Shown here: piece after piece, positions 9,997 to 18,191 of the stretch
Numbering within the stretch: position 1 is the stretch's first letter
How the letters are laid out: each line of letters opens with the position of its first letter
Notes under the pieces: generated by a model
Seen by the model: the letters and a program-made list of their open reading frames with translations, nothing else
Told to the model about the DNA's origin: nothing
Databases searched by the model: none
Position numbers and translations under genes: made by a program
Virus record (IMG/VR): IMGVR_UViG_3300046786_000486
Location: 1-63,076 of that record
Length of the DNA: 63,076 nt
DNA from: a virus
Taxonomy: Duplodnaviria > Caudoviricetes
Reading direction: 5' to 3' (one strand)

Positions 9997-10120
9997 GTCT
10001 TAAAGTTTTTTTTCTTTTGGCTTCTAGGGGAAAGCAAAGCTTTCTCCCTGGTTAAGTGCAGATGCTTCTTCACATCAACTTTTACAACATACTGTTAGTG
10101 TATTCCCAAAAATCTATCGA

Positions 10121-10219
10121 GCTATATTTTACTATATTCTTTCTTACTAGGAATCTTTATTACTATGTCATCAGAAAATCCAATGTTGGAAAATCCAACG
10201 TTGGAAAATCGTATGTGGA
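10121..10219. promoter_or_regulatory. Second iteron array plus AT-rich tract (putative second replication origin)
   Basis: CATCAGAAAATCCAATGTTGGAAAATCCAACGTTGGAAAATC (10169-10210) closely matches the iterons inside the initiator gene (19155-19193). Confidence 0.7.
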
Positions 10220-10229
10220 TAAAAACGCT

Positions 10230-10877
10230 CTAAACGCACTTTTTACCTAAAATGTCCTCTTGTTTTAACGTATAATACTCTTTTCCTTCGATTTTATTAA
10301 CAAAGTTTGAGTTCTTATTTAACACAACTAAATCACCTTTACTAACAGGTAATCTTTCTTTACCTCTGAATGGAGAGCCTATGTGCTCAAGGCGAGCTGT
10401 CTTAACAGAAGGCTTCTTCTTTAGGCCAACTACTAATCCAGATGAGCTTAGCTCAGCGTCAACTTTTTTACCATTGACTTCAATTCCATTATACGTCTCT
10501 TCAATAATCGTAGAACAGAAAGTCCAACTACCAATAGGTAAAATGTCATTGTTCCTAACAGCACAAAATATCCAATAATAAGGTACTTTATAATAATTGC
10601 CGTATATATTATTGGTCTCATCGTTAATAGATAAATAATGAAAATACACCTTATCGCCTACCTTTAACTCAGGCTCAATCTCTTCACCATACTCATTCTT
10701 AGGCACACCTACTGGTAAAGCGATTACTGTGCCGTAAATACGTACGTTATTAGTCGGATTGAAATGAGGGTCGATATGTAACTTAAGATTACCGAACTCA
10801 ACAGTGTCTTCTAGAGCCGTCCCTACCTCAACAATAACTGTTGACGGAGGCGACTGTGAAATGTCGTAAGATAGCAT
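10230..10877 (-). CDS. Tandem GroES-like co-chaperonin
   Basis: GTVIALP...LKVGDKVYF in the first half; SSGLVV...VSKGDLVV...IEGKEYYTLKQEDILG in the second half. Confidence 0.7.
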   Translation of the reverse strand: MLSYDISQSPPSTVIVEVGTALEDTVEFGNLKLHIDPHFNPTNNVRIYGTVIALPVGVPKNEYGEEIEPELKVGDKVYFHYLSINDETNNIYGNYYKVPYYWIFCAVRNNDILPIGSWTFCSTIIEETYNGIEVNGKKVDAELSSSGLVVGLKKKPSVKTARLEHIGSPFRGKERLPVSKGDLVVLNKNSNFVNKIEGKEYYTLKQEDILGKKCV

Positions 10878-10906
10878 ACTAATTCAATTGTTTGGTTATT
10901 TCTCCT

Positions 10907-10914
10907 CAAAACTA
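10907..10914 (-). promoter_or_regulatory. Bacteroidota -7 promoter element (TAGTTTTG) heading the late arm
   Basis: TAnnTTTG 30 nt upstream of the GroES-like ATG. Confidence 0.65.
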
Positions 10915-11112
10915 CTACATATTATTCTTAGAAGCAATATTTGATATAAGAGCTTATCTCTGCGCCAAGTATATCATTACACCATACAAGTATAGATAGT
11001 CGCTTACGTGTAGATTATGTGCGCTTAAAATAACGGGTAGGGGTGCAACTGTTGCTTCAAAAAATGAGCGTGCAGTTGTGGGCGGCAGGTTATATATTAC
11101 AAGTTGGGGGTC

Positions 11113-11130
11113 AAAAATTCTATGAGAAAA
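11113..11130 (+). repeat. Left inverted boundary repeat AAAAATTCTATGAGAAAA
   Basis: Reverse-complement copies at 15055-15072 (17/18 match) and 15070-15082 (13/13 core). Confidence 0.7.
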
Positions 11131-11648
11131 TCGTTACCTACAAACGGGCGGGGCCACTTTTCACAAACGAAAAACCGCTTTTTGGGCCCGCAGACGCTGT
11201 TTTTACAGATTATGTTTCCGAAATTCTATGCGCCAACAGGTACGACGCCGATTTGTTGCGTTTGTTTCCTGTAGTTGCGCGCGCTTAAATAGAATCAATT
11301 ACCTGCCAGCACAGACAAACAAAACAAAAATGTTTTCCCACCATCACAGCTACCAAACAAAATCGCCACAGAATCACAGCCGAAGCCCTGTAATTTTAGG
11401 GCTGTAAAACAAACGCTTTATTTAAGGCGTCAAATCTTCAATTTAAGACACTTTCGCCAGCAGATGAACAAACACATAGGCCACCGCGAGAAAATGCAAC
11501 ACGCGCAAAATGGCGCTTTATTTGAAGTATGCGTATATTTTTTTAAACGCCTGTAGTTAGATAGGTAAAATAAATAATACTAAAGCGTTTGTATTATCGA
11601 AGAATAGTATTAATATCGCGTATCAATTCACACAAAAACAATAAAAAA

Positions 11649-11858
11649 ATGAAAAATTACACAGAAAAACAGCGCATACAGCGCGCAAACGCAGAAAAAT
11701 TACTTTTATTAATCGGATTTAACGCCGTCCTTTTGTGGATGATTTGGTTTTGCGCCAAGTTCCAAGCCAGCGCCGAAGTCTTTTTTTTGTCCATAGTTCT
11801 AATCGCGTTTAACTTTCTGTTTATCGCTTTAGCTGTAGAATCAAATAAGCGATTGTAA
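11649..11858 (+). CDS. Small membrane protein with two TM helices
   Basis: 69 aa from ATG 11649; hydrophobic segments LLLLIGFNAVLLWMIWFC and VFFLSIVLIAFNFLFIALAV. Confidence 0.7.
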   Translation: MKNYTEKQRIQRANAEKLLLLIGFNAVLLWMIWFCAKFQASAEVFFLSIVLIAFNFLFIALAVESNKRL

Positions 11859-11929
11859 TCACTATCAAATTTCACTATCAAAAAAATTTCACTATCAATT
11901 ATTCACTATCAAATTTTAAACACTATCAA
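11859..11929 (+). repeat. CACTATCAA array 1 (5 copies)
   Basis: Copies start at 11860, 11873, 11890, 11904 and 11921. Confidence 0.95.
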
Positions 11930-11931
11930 AA

Positions 11932-13809
11932 ATGGAAAATCTATTTGTATTTCAAACAGGGAAGAATTTAGTAATACCAACAAACGAGGGAACTAAATTT
12001 GTCGATTTTTTAGGAGCTACTCATACAAGCTCAAGCGGACTAAAAACCGCGCATAAATTTTACGCTTGGGGAGACTCCGAAGGTAGCCACCACGACAGGC
12101 CAATAATAAAAGCCTACAATATGGCAAAAGAAGGCACGATAGAAAATAAATACCTTTGCGAAGCCTACGCGGAAGGAGACTACGATAAAGGCATATTTTT
12201 AAAATCTGACTGCGTAAAGCTATTTAATACGCGTATCTTAGGACGCTCTTGCAAATACGCGTTTAAACAAAATCCGCGATTAATTAAAATCGATTATTAC
12301 ACACCATTTGGAGGGAAGCGCGCCGCGTATTTTTTAAGCTATTTGGATGTAGCAAAATCGGGCATTTTTAAATTAGGCGATTCTAGTTTTTTCCCAGAAC
12401 AGGCACGCGAAAAGTATTTCACGAGAGAAGCGCTTGAGGTGCGTTTTTCAATCCACAGCCTACACAGACAAACTTTTGTAAGTTCAGGCGACCCTACAAA
12501 TACAGAGGACATTTTTAAGAATCTGCAAATTTATCCTACACGCATAGAAGCACAGGAAGAGGACGGGATGGAGTTGAGTATTTCGCGTATTTCATCATTC
12601 AAATACAAGTACAGCACGTACGAAGTTTTCGCGCACTTGACAGAAGAAAACAGCGTTTTGAATAATTGGGATAACAACAGCCGAATTTTAATAAGTCATT
12701 CAAACGCCGTAAGAATTTGGAGCGAAAGACATCAGCGTATTGAAATCATATTTTTTACGGATGATGACTTGCGTAGGCTCAGAAGAGAATCTGACTACAC
12801 GCAAACTTATAACTGGATTAATAAGTTCGGCGAAGCCCAGCGTATTAATGATTTTCAGCTCAAAGAATTACAGCATACAGGTATTCTTTATGCAAGCGTA
12901 GAAAGCGCGCAAAAAGACCCAGCGAACGCGCGTAAGAATATCGGAATTTGTCCGCATTGCAACAATTTACACGACCTTGACAGCCACGACCAAGAGGCGT
13001 GCCGTCAGCGCAATATGCGCCCACAGCGTTATGACTACCACAGCCAAACGCCAGCGCACAATTTGGCGCACTATCAACAGGCGACGCACGTCGTAGGCGT
13101 AGAAATTGAGAAAGAAGATTTCGACGGAGCTTGTTACAATCACCGCGAAATCTACGACGCGTTTGGATGGGTGAAGGAACGCGACGGAAGCCTTGACAGC
13201 CAGAAAGGCTATGAGCTTGTTTCGCCTATGTTTGACCTATACACGAGCGCGCTAATAGACGAAGCGAAAGCAATCGAGGCGAAGTATCCTAATTTAATAA
13301 ATGGCGGATTTTCGCGGGCTTGCGGAGGGCATATTCACTACAGCGTAAAAGGTATGACAGGACGCGAAGCGCTCGAGCAAATTTGCGGATATTTACCGCT
13401 GATTTATGCTATTTACAAGTTTAGAACAGAGCGCACATATTGCCAAGCAATAGAGAAGGAAGCTATGAAGAGAAGCACCGACAAATATCAAGCCGTCCGC
13501 ATATTTTCGGAGCGCATCGAGTTTAGAATTTTCCCAGCCGTTAAGAATATTGAGACGCTTAATTGGCGTTTAGACTTGCTTCGCATAATGGCGCAAAACC
13601 CAACGGGCAACCCTGTAGAAGTAGTCAATACTTTGATGGATGAAGCCAGCGAATTACGCCAGCTATTCAATAGAATTTTCGACACGAAAACAATCTACAA
13701 ACGCGCCGTAGATTCTTTGAAGATGGCGAAGAAGTACGACGCTAATTTTTATAACATCGATTTTTCGGAACAAATCCGCAAGATTGAAACAGACGCGCAA
13801 GCCCTGTAA
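11932..13809 (+). CDS. Putative amidoligase (COOH-NH2 ligase) with long N-terminal extension
   Basis: YHS, VGVEIE, ERDGSL, GYELVSP, CGGHIH, KYQAV and IEFRIF motifs; CPHC/H/C zinc-binding segment before the catalytic domain. Confidence 0.85.
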   Translation: MENLFVFQTGKNLVIPTNEGTKFVDFLGATHTSSSGLKTAHKFYAWGDSEGSHHDRPIIKAYNMAKEGTIENKYLCEAYAEGDYDKGIFLKSDCVKLFNTRILGRSCKYAFKQNPRLIKIDYYTPFGGKRAAYFLSYLDVAKSGIFKLGDSSFFPEQAREKYFTREALEVRFSIHSLHRQTFVSSGDPTNTEDIFKNLQIYPTRIEAQEEDGMELSISRISSFKYKYSTYEVFAHLTEENSVLNNWDNNSRILISHSNAVRIWSERHQRIEIIFFTDDDLRRLRRESDYTQTYNWINKFGEAQRINDFQLKELQHTGILYASVESAQKDPANARKNIGICPHCNNLHDLDSHDQEACRQRNMRPQRYDYHSQTPAHNLAHYQQATHVVGVEIEKEDFDGACYNHREIYDAFGWVKERDGSLDSQKGYELVSPMFDLYTSALIDEAKAIEAKYPNLINGGFSRACGGHIHYSVKGMTGREALEQICGYLPLIYAIYKFRTERTYCQAIEKEAMKRSTDKYQAVRIFSERIEFRIFPAVKNIETLNWRLDLLRIMAQNPTGNPVEVVNTLMDEASELRQLFNRIFDTKTIYKRAVDSLKMAKKYDANFYNIDFSEQIRKIETDAQAL

Positions 13810-13813
13810 AATT

Positions 13814-13875
13814 TCACTATCAAATTTCACTATCAAAAAAATTTCACTATCAATTATTCACTATCAAATTTTAAA
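13814..13875 (+). repeat. CACTATCAA array 2 (4 copies); exact 62-bp duplicate of 11859-11920
   Basis: Copies start at 13815, 13828, 13845 and 13859. Confidence 0.95.
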
Positions 13876-13885
13876 TTTTAAAACT

Positions 13886-14800
13886 ATGTGCATCGCAATT
13901 TTAAACACTCCTAATATTACATTCTCAAAATCTCTTATTGCTAATTGCTGGAACAACAACCCCGACGGAGCGGGCTTAATTTGGACAGACACAAACACGC
14001 GCGAGCTGTTTATACATAAAGAGCTTGACAGCGTCGAGGCGTACTACAATCAATATATTGATATTAGACGCAAGCACCCTAAGAGTAAGATAGTTCTACA
14101 TTTTAGAATCAGCACAAGCGGAGGCGTAAACGAGACCAATACGCACCCCTTTATTACTAACGAAAAATTAGCGTTTGTTCATAATGGCATCATATCAGAG
14201 CTAAACGGAAAAGAGGCGGGACGTTCAGACACGAACCTGTTTAACGCTAATTTTTTACAGAAATTGCCAGCGGATTTTTTGGAGAATAACGCACTAAAGG
14301 GACTAATCGCAAAGTTCATTGGAAGTTCAAAATTAATCTTTTTAAACGCGGACAACGAGGCGCACATAATCAACGACCACTTAGGGAAGACGGATAAAAA
14401 ATATCCTAATTGCTGGTTTTCGAATAGCACCTATGAAGAATCAAGATTTTACGATGTCGGAGGCGTGAAAGTTTACAAGGACGCGTATAAACCAAAGTAC
14501 ACAGGTAGTTATTATCAGAAGCCCGCGACCTACGCGAAGCCCTACACAGCGCCAGCGTATCAAGCCCAGCCAGCACCACAGCCCGCGCAATTAAGTTGGA
14601 CGGATGCAAGCACAGGACAGGCGACGAAGTACACGCCAGCACAGGAAGCCAGTATGCGAAGACTTGCAGAGGACGCGCGAGCAATCGACGCGAAGTACGC
14701 CAAGCGATACAGCGAGCTAAAAGCAAAAGGCTACTATAGTTTGACGCAGTCAGAATGGGACGAAATGCAAGAACTCGAAATGTATTTTACGCCGTTCTAA
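13886..14800 (+). CDS. Class II (Ntn) glutamine amidotransferase
   Basis: True start M-C at 13886; NPDGAG, HFRIST, NTHPF, HNG and SDT motifs. Confidence 0.9.
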   Translation: MCIAILNTPNITFSKSLIANCWNNNPDGAGLIWTDTNTRELFIHKELDSVEAYYNQYIDIRRKHPKSKIVLHFRISTSGGVNETNTHPFITNEKLAFVHNGIISELNGKEAGRSDTNLFNANFLQKLPADFLENNALKGLIAKFIGSSKLIFLNADNEAHIINDHLGKTDKKYPNCWFSNSTYEESRFYDVGGVKVYKDAYKPKYTGSYYQKPATYAKPYTAPAYQAQPAPQPAQLSWTDASTGQATKYTPAQEASMRRLAEDARAIDAKYAKRYSELKAKGYYSLTQSEWDEMQELEMYFTPF

Positions 14801-14822
14801 AAATCACAGAATCAGAAAAGAG

Positions 14823-14848
14823 AAGCCCGACAAAATCGGGCTTTTTTT
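14823..14848 (+). terminator. Intrinsic terminator
   Basis: AAGCCCGA-caaaa-TCGGGCTT followed by a T-run. Confidence 0.88.
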
Positions 14849-15054
14849 GTGGCCTTATTTTAACGCAATTTATCGCGGGCATACAATCACATTACCAACG
14901 CGGAGATAATCCAGCAGACGCCAAATAAACAGGCAAAAACAAGAAGCGCCCGAAATTGCCAGCGCGTGCAAAATCAAAAAACCATATTACAGGAACCGCA
15001 CAAAATCAGAAAACTGATTTTTGCATTTTTGCGGATTTTTAAATTTCTGATTTT

Positions 15055-15082
15055 TTTTCTCGTAGAATTTTTTCTCATAGAA
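15055..15082 (-). repeat. Right inverted boundary repeats (two overlapping TTCTAYGAGAAAA copies)
   Basis: Inverted relative to 11113-11130. Confidence 0.7.
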
Positions 15083-15086
15083 AAAT

Positions 15087-15112
15087 TTGATAGTGATAAG
15101 AAGTTGATAGTG
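15087..15112 (-). repeat. Inverted copies of the CACTATCAA motif (TTGATAGTG x2)
   Basis: Copies at 15087-15095 and 15104-15112; near copy TTGATGGTG at 15365. Confidence 0.85.
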
Positions 15113-15256
15113 GCGCCACAGAATTTTTCCCAATAATCCGAGCCGTTGGCTGAAATTTCTGCGAGAAAATACTGGCGCCTTAATTCCTGTAATAAAAATA
15201 AACCTGCGAGATTCTAATAAAACGTTGTACTTTAAAAAGAATTTTAGGTGCTACTA

Positions 15257-15287
15257 TTGACAAGTAAAACAATTGGTACTACTTTTG
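15257..15287 (+). promoter_or_regulatory. Bacteroidota sigma70 promoter of the early operon
   Basis: TTG (15257), 20-nt spacer, TACTTTTG (15280-15287). Confidence 0.75.
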
Positions 15288-15453
15288 ATTCAAGATTTAC
15301 AGCAGGTCATTTTTCAAAAGAGGAAAACTGATTTTTCGGATAAGATAGAAATTAAATTTCCAATTTGATGGTGTAGTGAACCATTGATAGCACCTGTCGG
15401 TGTATAGGTTAACCGACTTTAAAATAGTAATTCAATCAATTAAATATAATGTT

Positions 15454-15657
15454 ATGGGAAATTCAATAGTATCAATCAACATTCTTGAGCTAGCAAGCGA
15501 GTTAGCCGAGGAGACAATGGAGCGCAACAGAAAAACTGGAGAAGTAAATACAGTTGAGGATGAACACGGCTGTATAGTTTACACAGATGAAGCACAGGAT
15601 ATTTTTAATGAGCTTTATGATGTTTATTATGATTTAATCTTAAAATGCAAGGCATAA
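15454..15657 (+). CDS. Hypothetical acidic early protein
   Basis: ATG 15454 after an A-rich leader; first gene after the promoter. Confidence 0.65.
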   Translation: MGNSIVSINILELASELAEETMERNRKTGEVNTVEDEHGCIVYTDEAQDIFNELYDVYYDLILKCKA

Positions 15658-15661
15658 TAAT

Positions 15662-15922
15662 ATGGAGAAAGAAAGAATTAACGGGAAGCTATCTAGAAAA
15701 GATAGCGTTGTGGTCACAGTTTACACTGATAAAAATGAAGAGATATGTAAGATGATTGACCGTAGCTACGAAAACTTGGATGCACTAATGGATGATTCTA
15801 GGAGAAAGTTGCCTAGCGGCTACTCGAAAAGAATGTTCGGCGTTCAGGTAGTATGTGAGTCACGTGGGTGGCAAAGAGATTATAGAGTACCAGTAACCAA
15901 ACCAGCTAAAAGAAAAAGATAA
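15662..15922 (+). CDS. Hypothetical protein
   Basis: ORF in a tightly packed operon. Confidence 0.6.
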   Translation: MEKERINGKLSRKDSVVVTVYTDKNEEICKMIDRSYENLDALMDDSRRKLPSGYSKRMFGVQVVCESRGWQRDYRVPVTKPAKRKR

Positions 15923-15940
15923 ACCAAACCAATAACAAAA

Positions 15941-16558
15941 ATGGAAAATTTAACCAAACAAAAAGGTAGTTACTATTTTGAAATGTTAACTACAGAAGAG
16001 CAGTCCAATTTCAGAAACAATGTCATCAAGGGTGACGATTTTTCTATGGAAGATGTGTTGAATAGTAACTTCGATAGCTTTATGCGATTCGTAGGTAGTT
16101 GCTTCTCTTTTGACGAGAGCGAGGAAGGTCCCGAATATTGGAGAGATATTGCGATGTCTCGAAGAGATGGCGTCAGCAATGAAGATTCAACACATTCTAT
16201 GATAATGGATTTTATCAAGAAAGTAGTTGGCCCAGCGAGCATACTTTTGGAAGATGTTTTGCCAGACCTTGTTGACGAAAGTAATAAGACAGGGCAAGAA
16301 TTATTGTCGGAAATGGACGAGGAGTATGCTACAGAGTGGAGAAAAGAGTTTTTGCTAGAGAGAGCGAAGGAAATTAATAGTTTCTTGAAGATGAGATATA
16401 AGTCTATATCACAGATGCTACAATGTTCGTTTTCTTTTTCAACATCAGAGAAAGGCAGAGATTATTGGCGTAACGTATGCGACTTATACGATTCAAAGAG
16501 TGCAATAGAAGATTTAATTAATGATTTAGGCTTAAAGAAACAAGATGAGAGTAATTAA
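15941..16558 (+). CDS. Hypothetical protein with two copies of an F-x-F-x-x-S-x-x-G-x-x-Y-W domain
   Basis: CFSFDESEEGPEYWRDI and SFSFSTSEKGRDYWRNV. Confidence 0.7.
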   Translation: MENLTKQKGSYYFEMLTTEEQSNFRNNVIKGDDFSMEDVLNSNFDSFMRFVGSCFSFDESEEGPEYWRDIAMSRRDGVSNEDSTHSMIMDFIKKVVGPASILLEDVLPDLVDESNKTGQELLSEMDEEYATEWRKEFLLERAKEINSFLKMRYKSISQMLQCSFSFSTSEKGRDYWRNVCDLYDSKSAIEDLINDLGLKKQDESN

Positions 16559-16880
16559 GATAGATATAGATACCAAAGAGGTATATGTTATAGAAGATTT
16601 CGCTACGGAGCTTAGTGTGCAAGACGATTTGGACTTGCACATTGGCACGGAGCAGCCAGTGGTAGGCGGGATGATTAAAGGTCACGCTTTTGTAGTGCCA
16701 AACAAGAAAAATATAGGTCAATGGGCTTATGCTATCGAAGGAGTTAAAGGAGTATTTTACGAGAGCGGTATAATAGCGGGAGCAGACGAGAATTTTCAGC
16801 TTATAAGCACTTCGATTGAACCAAAAGATATCCACGTTGCATTTGTTGCAAATGGGCTTAAAATTATAACAAACAAATAG
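16545..16880 (+). CDS. Hypothetical protein (weak resemblance to DUF3846)
   Basis: Overlapping ORF in the operon; family resemblance is tentative. Confidence 0.55.
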   Translation: MRVIKIDIDTKEVYVIEDFATELSVQDDLDLHIGTEQPVVGGMIKGHAFVVPNKKNIGQWAYAIEGVKGVFYESGIIAGADENFQLISTSIEPKDIHVAFVANGLKIITNK

Positions 16881-16881
16881 A

Positions 16882-17316
16882 ATGGGGAAGACACAGAACA
16901 GAGATTACTTTCAATTATTAACGATTGAAGAACAATTCTTATACGAAGAGAATTACAACACGTCTACTAAGGCAAACAAAGATGATTTCCAAGATTTTTT
17001 GGATAAATATTCGACAAGTTTCCAGCAATTTCTTTCTAGCGGATTTTTTTGGCTAGAATCGGACCAAGGGCACGAGTTTTGGTCGGATATTTTGCAGGAT
17101 AATAGGTATTTACCTGAATGGACTAAGGTCTACTACGATAATATCGATATGATTTCAGATAAAGAGTCTATTATAATCAGGTCGGGTTGCAAATCAATTA
17201 ATTTACCCAAAAAACTGGCCGACACGATAGCTGAAGAGATGTTTTTGTTGGGTCTTATATCATCATTTGTGATACCCGAAAATGAAGTAACAAAGAAAAT
17301 TATTTACGAAGATTAA
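16882..17316 (+). CDS. Hypothetical protein, paralog of 15941..16558
   Basis: YFQLLTIEEQ...GFFWLESDQGHEFWSDI. Confidence 0.7.
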   Translation: MGKTQNRDYFQLLTIEEQFLYEENYNTSTKANKDDFQDFLDKYSTSFQQFLSSGFFWLESDQGHEFWSDILQDNRYLPEWTKVYYDNIDMISDKESIIIRSGCKSINLPKKLADTIAEEMFLLGLISSFVIPENEVTKKIIYED

Positions 17317-17320
17317 AATT

Positions 17321-17569
17321 ATGATAAAGTTTAACCTATTGGTCAATCCATTCACAAAATCAATCTTAGTTTCTGCTAGGGTAAATAAAGTTGATTGCGA
17401 AACCATCATCAATTACAATGAACTCGATGAATGGCATTCTTTTGAGTTCGAGGGCGTAGAATTTGATTTGCATATCGAATACTCGATTAGTTTAGATATA
17501 ACTATTCAAGGAGAAGAAGAAGGGCTATTCCCTGTGTCAGTAAAACTTACAAGTAAAGATGAATTTTAA
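17321..17569 (+). CDS. Hypothetical protein
   Basis: Packed ORF; TAATG overlap with the next gene. Confidence 0.6.
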   Translation: MIKFNLLVNPFTKSILVSARVNKVDCETIINYNELDEWHSFEFEGVEFDLHIEYSISLDITIQGEEEGLFPVSVKLTSKDEF

Positions 17570-17793
17570 TGGAAGTATTTGAGCACGGACCAGCAGAAGC
17601 TATAGTAGTTGAAGTTGGTAAAACTTGGACAACGATTAGTCACCTTTACACGAGTAGAGATAAAGAGACTAACAGGTATTATACGCCAATGATTAACCTG
17701 TATGTTATTTTCAGGGAGCTTCAGGCGAAGTATGATAAAAAGCTTGCCGACGAAACAGTAAATTATATAAAAGCAAAAATGGACGCACTATGA
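17569..17793 (+). CDS. Hypothetical protein
   Basis: Packed ORF; ATGA overlap with the next gene. Confidence 0.6.
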   Translation: MEVFEHGPAEAIVVEVGKTWTTISHLYTSRDKETNRYYTPMINLYVIFRELQAKYDKKLADETVNYIKAKMDAL

Positions 17794-17987
17794 AACTAAT
17801 AAAATTTATGAGCATAATTAGCGCTATATACTTTGCGATTCTAATGAAGATTTATTCACAAGAAGAGGGCAAAATGGCATCACTTATGGCAATGCTTTTG
17901 TGCATTATGTTCTTTGTGCTTTCATCAGTATTAGATAAATATGAAGAAGATAAAAAAGATAATAACGATAGCAATAGTTTGCGCTAA
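17790..17987 (+). CDS. Small two-TM membrane protein
   Basis: Two hydrophobic segments. Confidence 0.6.
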   Translation: MKLIKFMSIISAIYFAILMKIYSQEEGKMASLMAMLLCIMFFVLSSVLDKYEEDKKDNNDSNSLR

Positions 17988-18189
17988 TGGTATAGTAATC
18001 TATAGTGTATTTAGCCCTAAAAAGACCGAATCTACACAAGCTTACAAAAAATATGAATCTTTTAAGCCAGTTAATTTATCGGGAGTACCCGAAGAAGAGA
18101 TTTTCTCCGAAGAAGTTGATTGCGTTTATGTAGATAGATTGGGAATTAAAAACGTAACATTTAAACAAGATTATTTAAAATTAAACTAA
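17941..18189 (+). CDS. Small membrane-anchored protein
   Basis: Basic N-terminus followed by a hydrophobic helix. Confidence 0.55.
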   Translation: MKKIKKIITIAIVCANGIVIYSVFSPKKTESTQAYKKYESFKPVNLSGVPEEEIFSEEVDCVYVDRLGIKNVTFKQDYLKLN

Positions 18190-18191
18190 TT

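Noticed and set aside
10056-10250. ORF with KSNVG repeats
   Set aside because: It is simply the translation of the iteron array, antisense to the late operon.
11859-13875. CACTATCAA arrays as CRISPR or mini-CRISPR
   Set aside because: The repeats are 9 bp with 4-8 bp A/T spacers, there are no unique spacers and no cas genes are present.
13784-13885. N-terminal extension of the GATase ORF
   Set aside because: Ntn amidotransferases need Cys at the mature N-terminus. The real start is 13886 and the extension is the repeat array.
11113-15082. Island as a transposon or invertible segment
   Set aside because: No transposase or recombinase was recognised anywhere in the genome, and no target-site duplication was seen.
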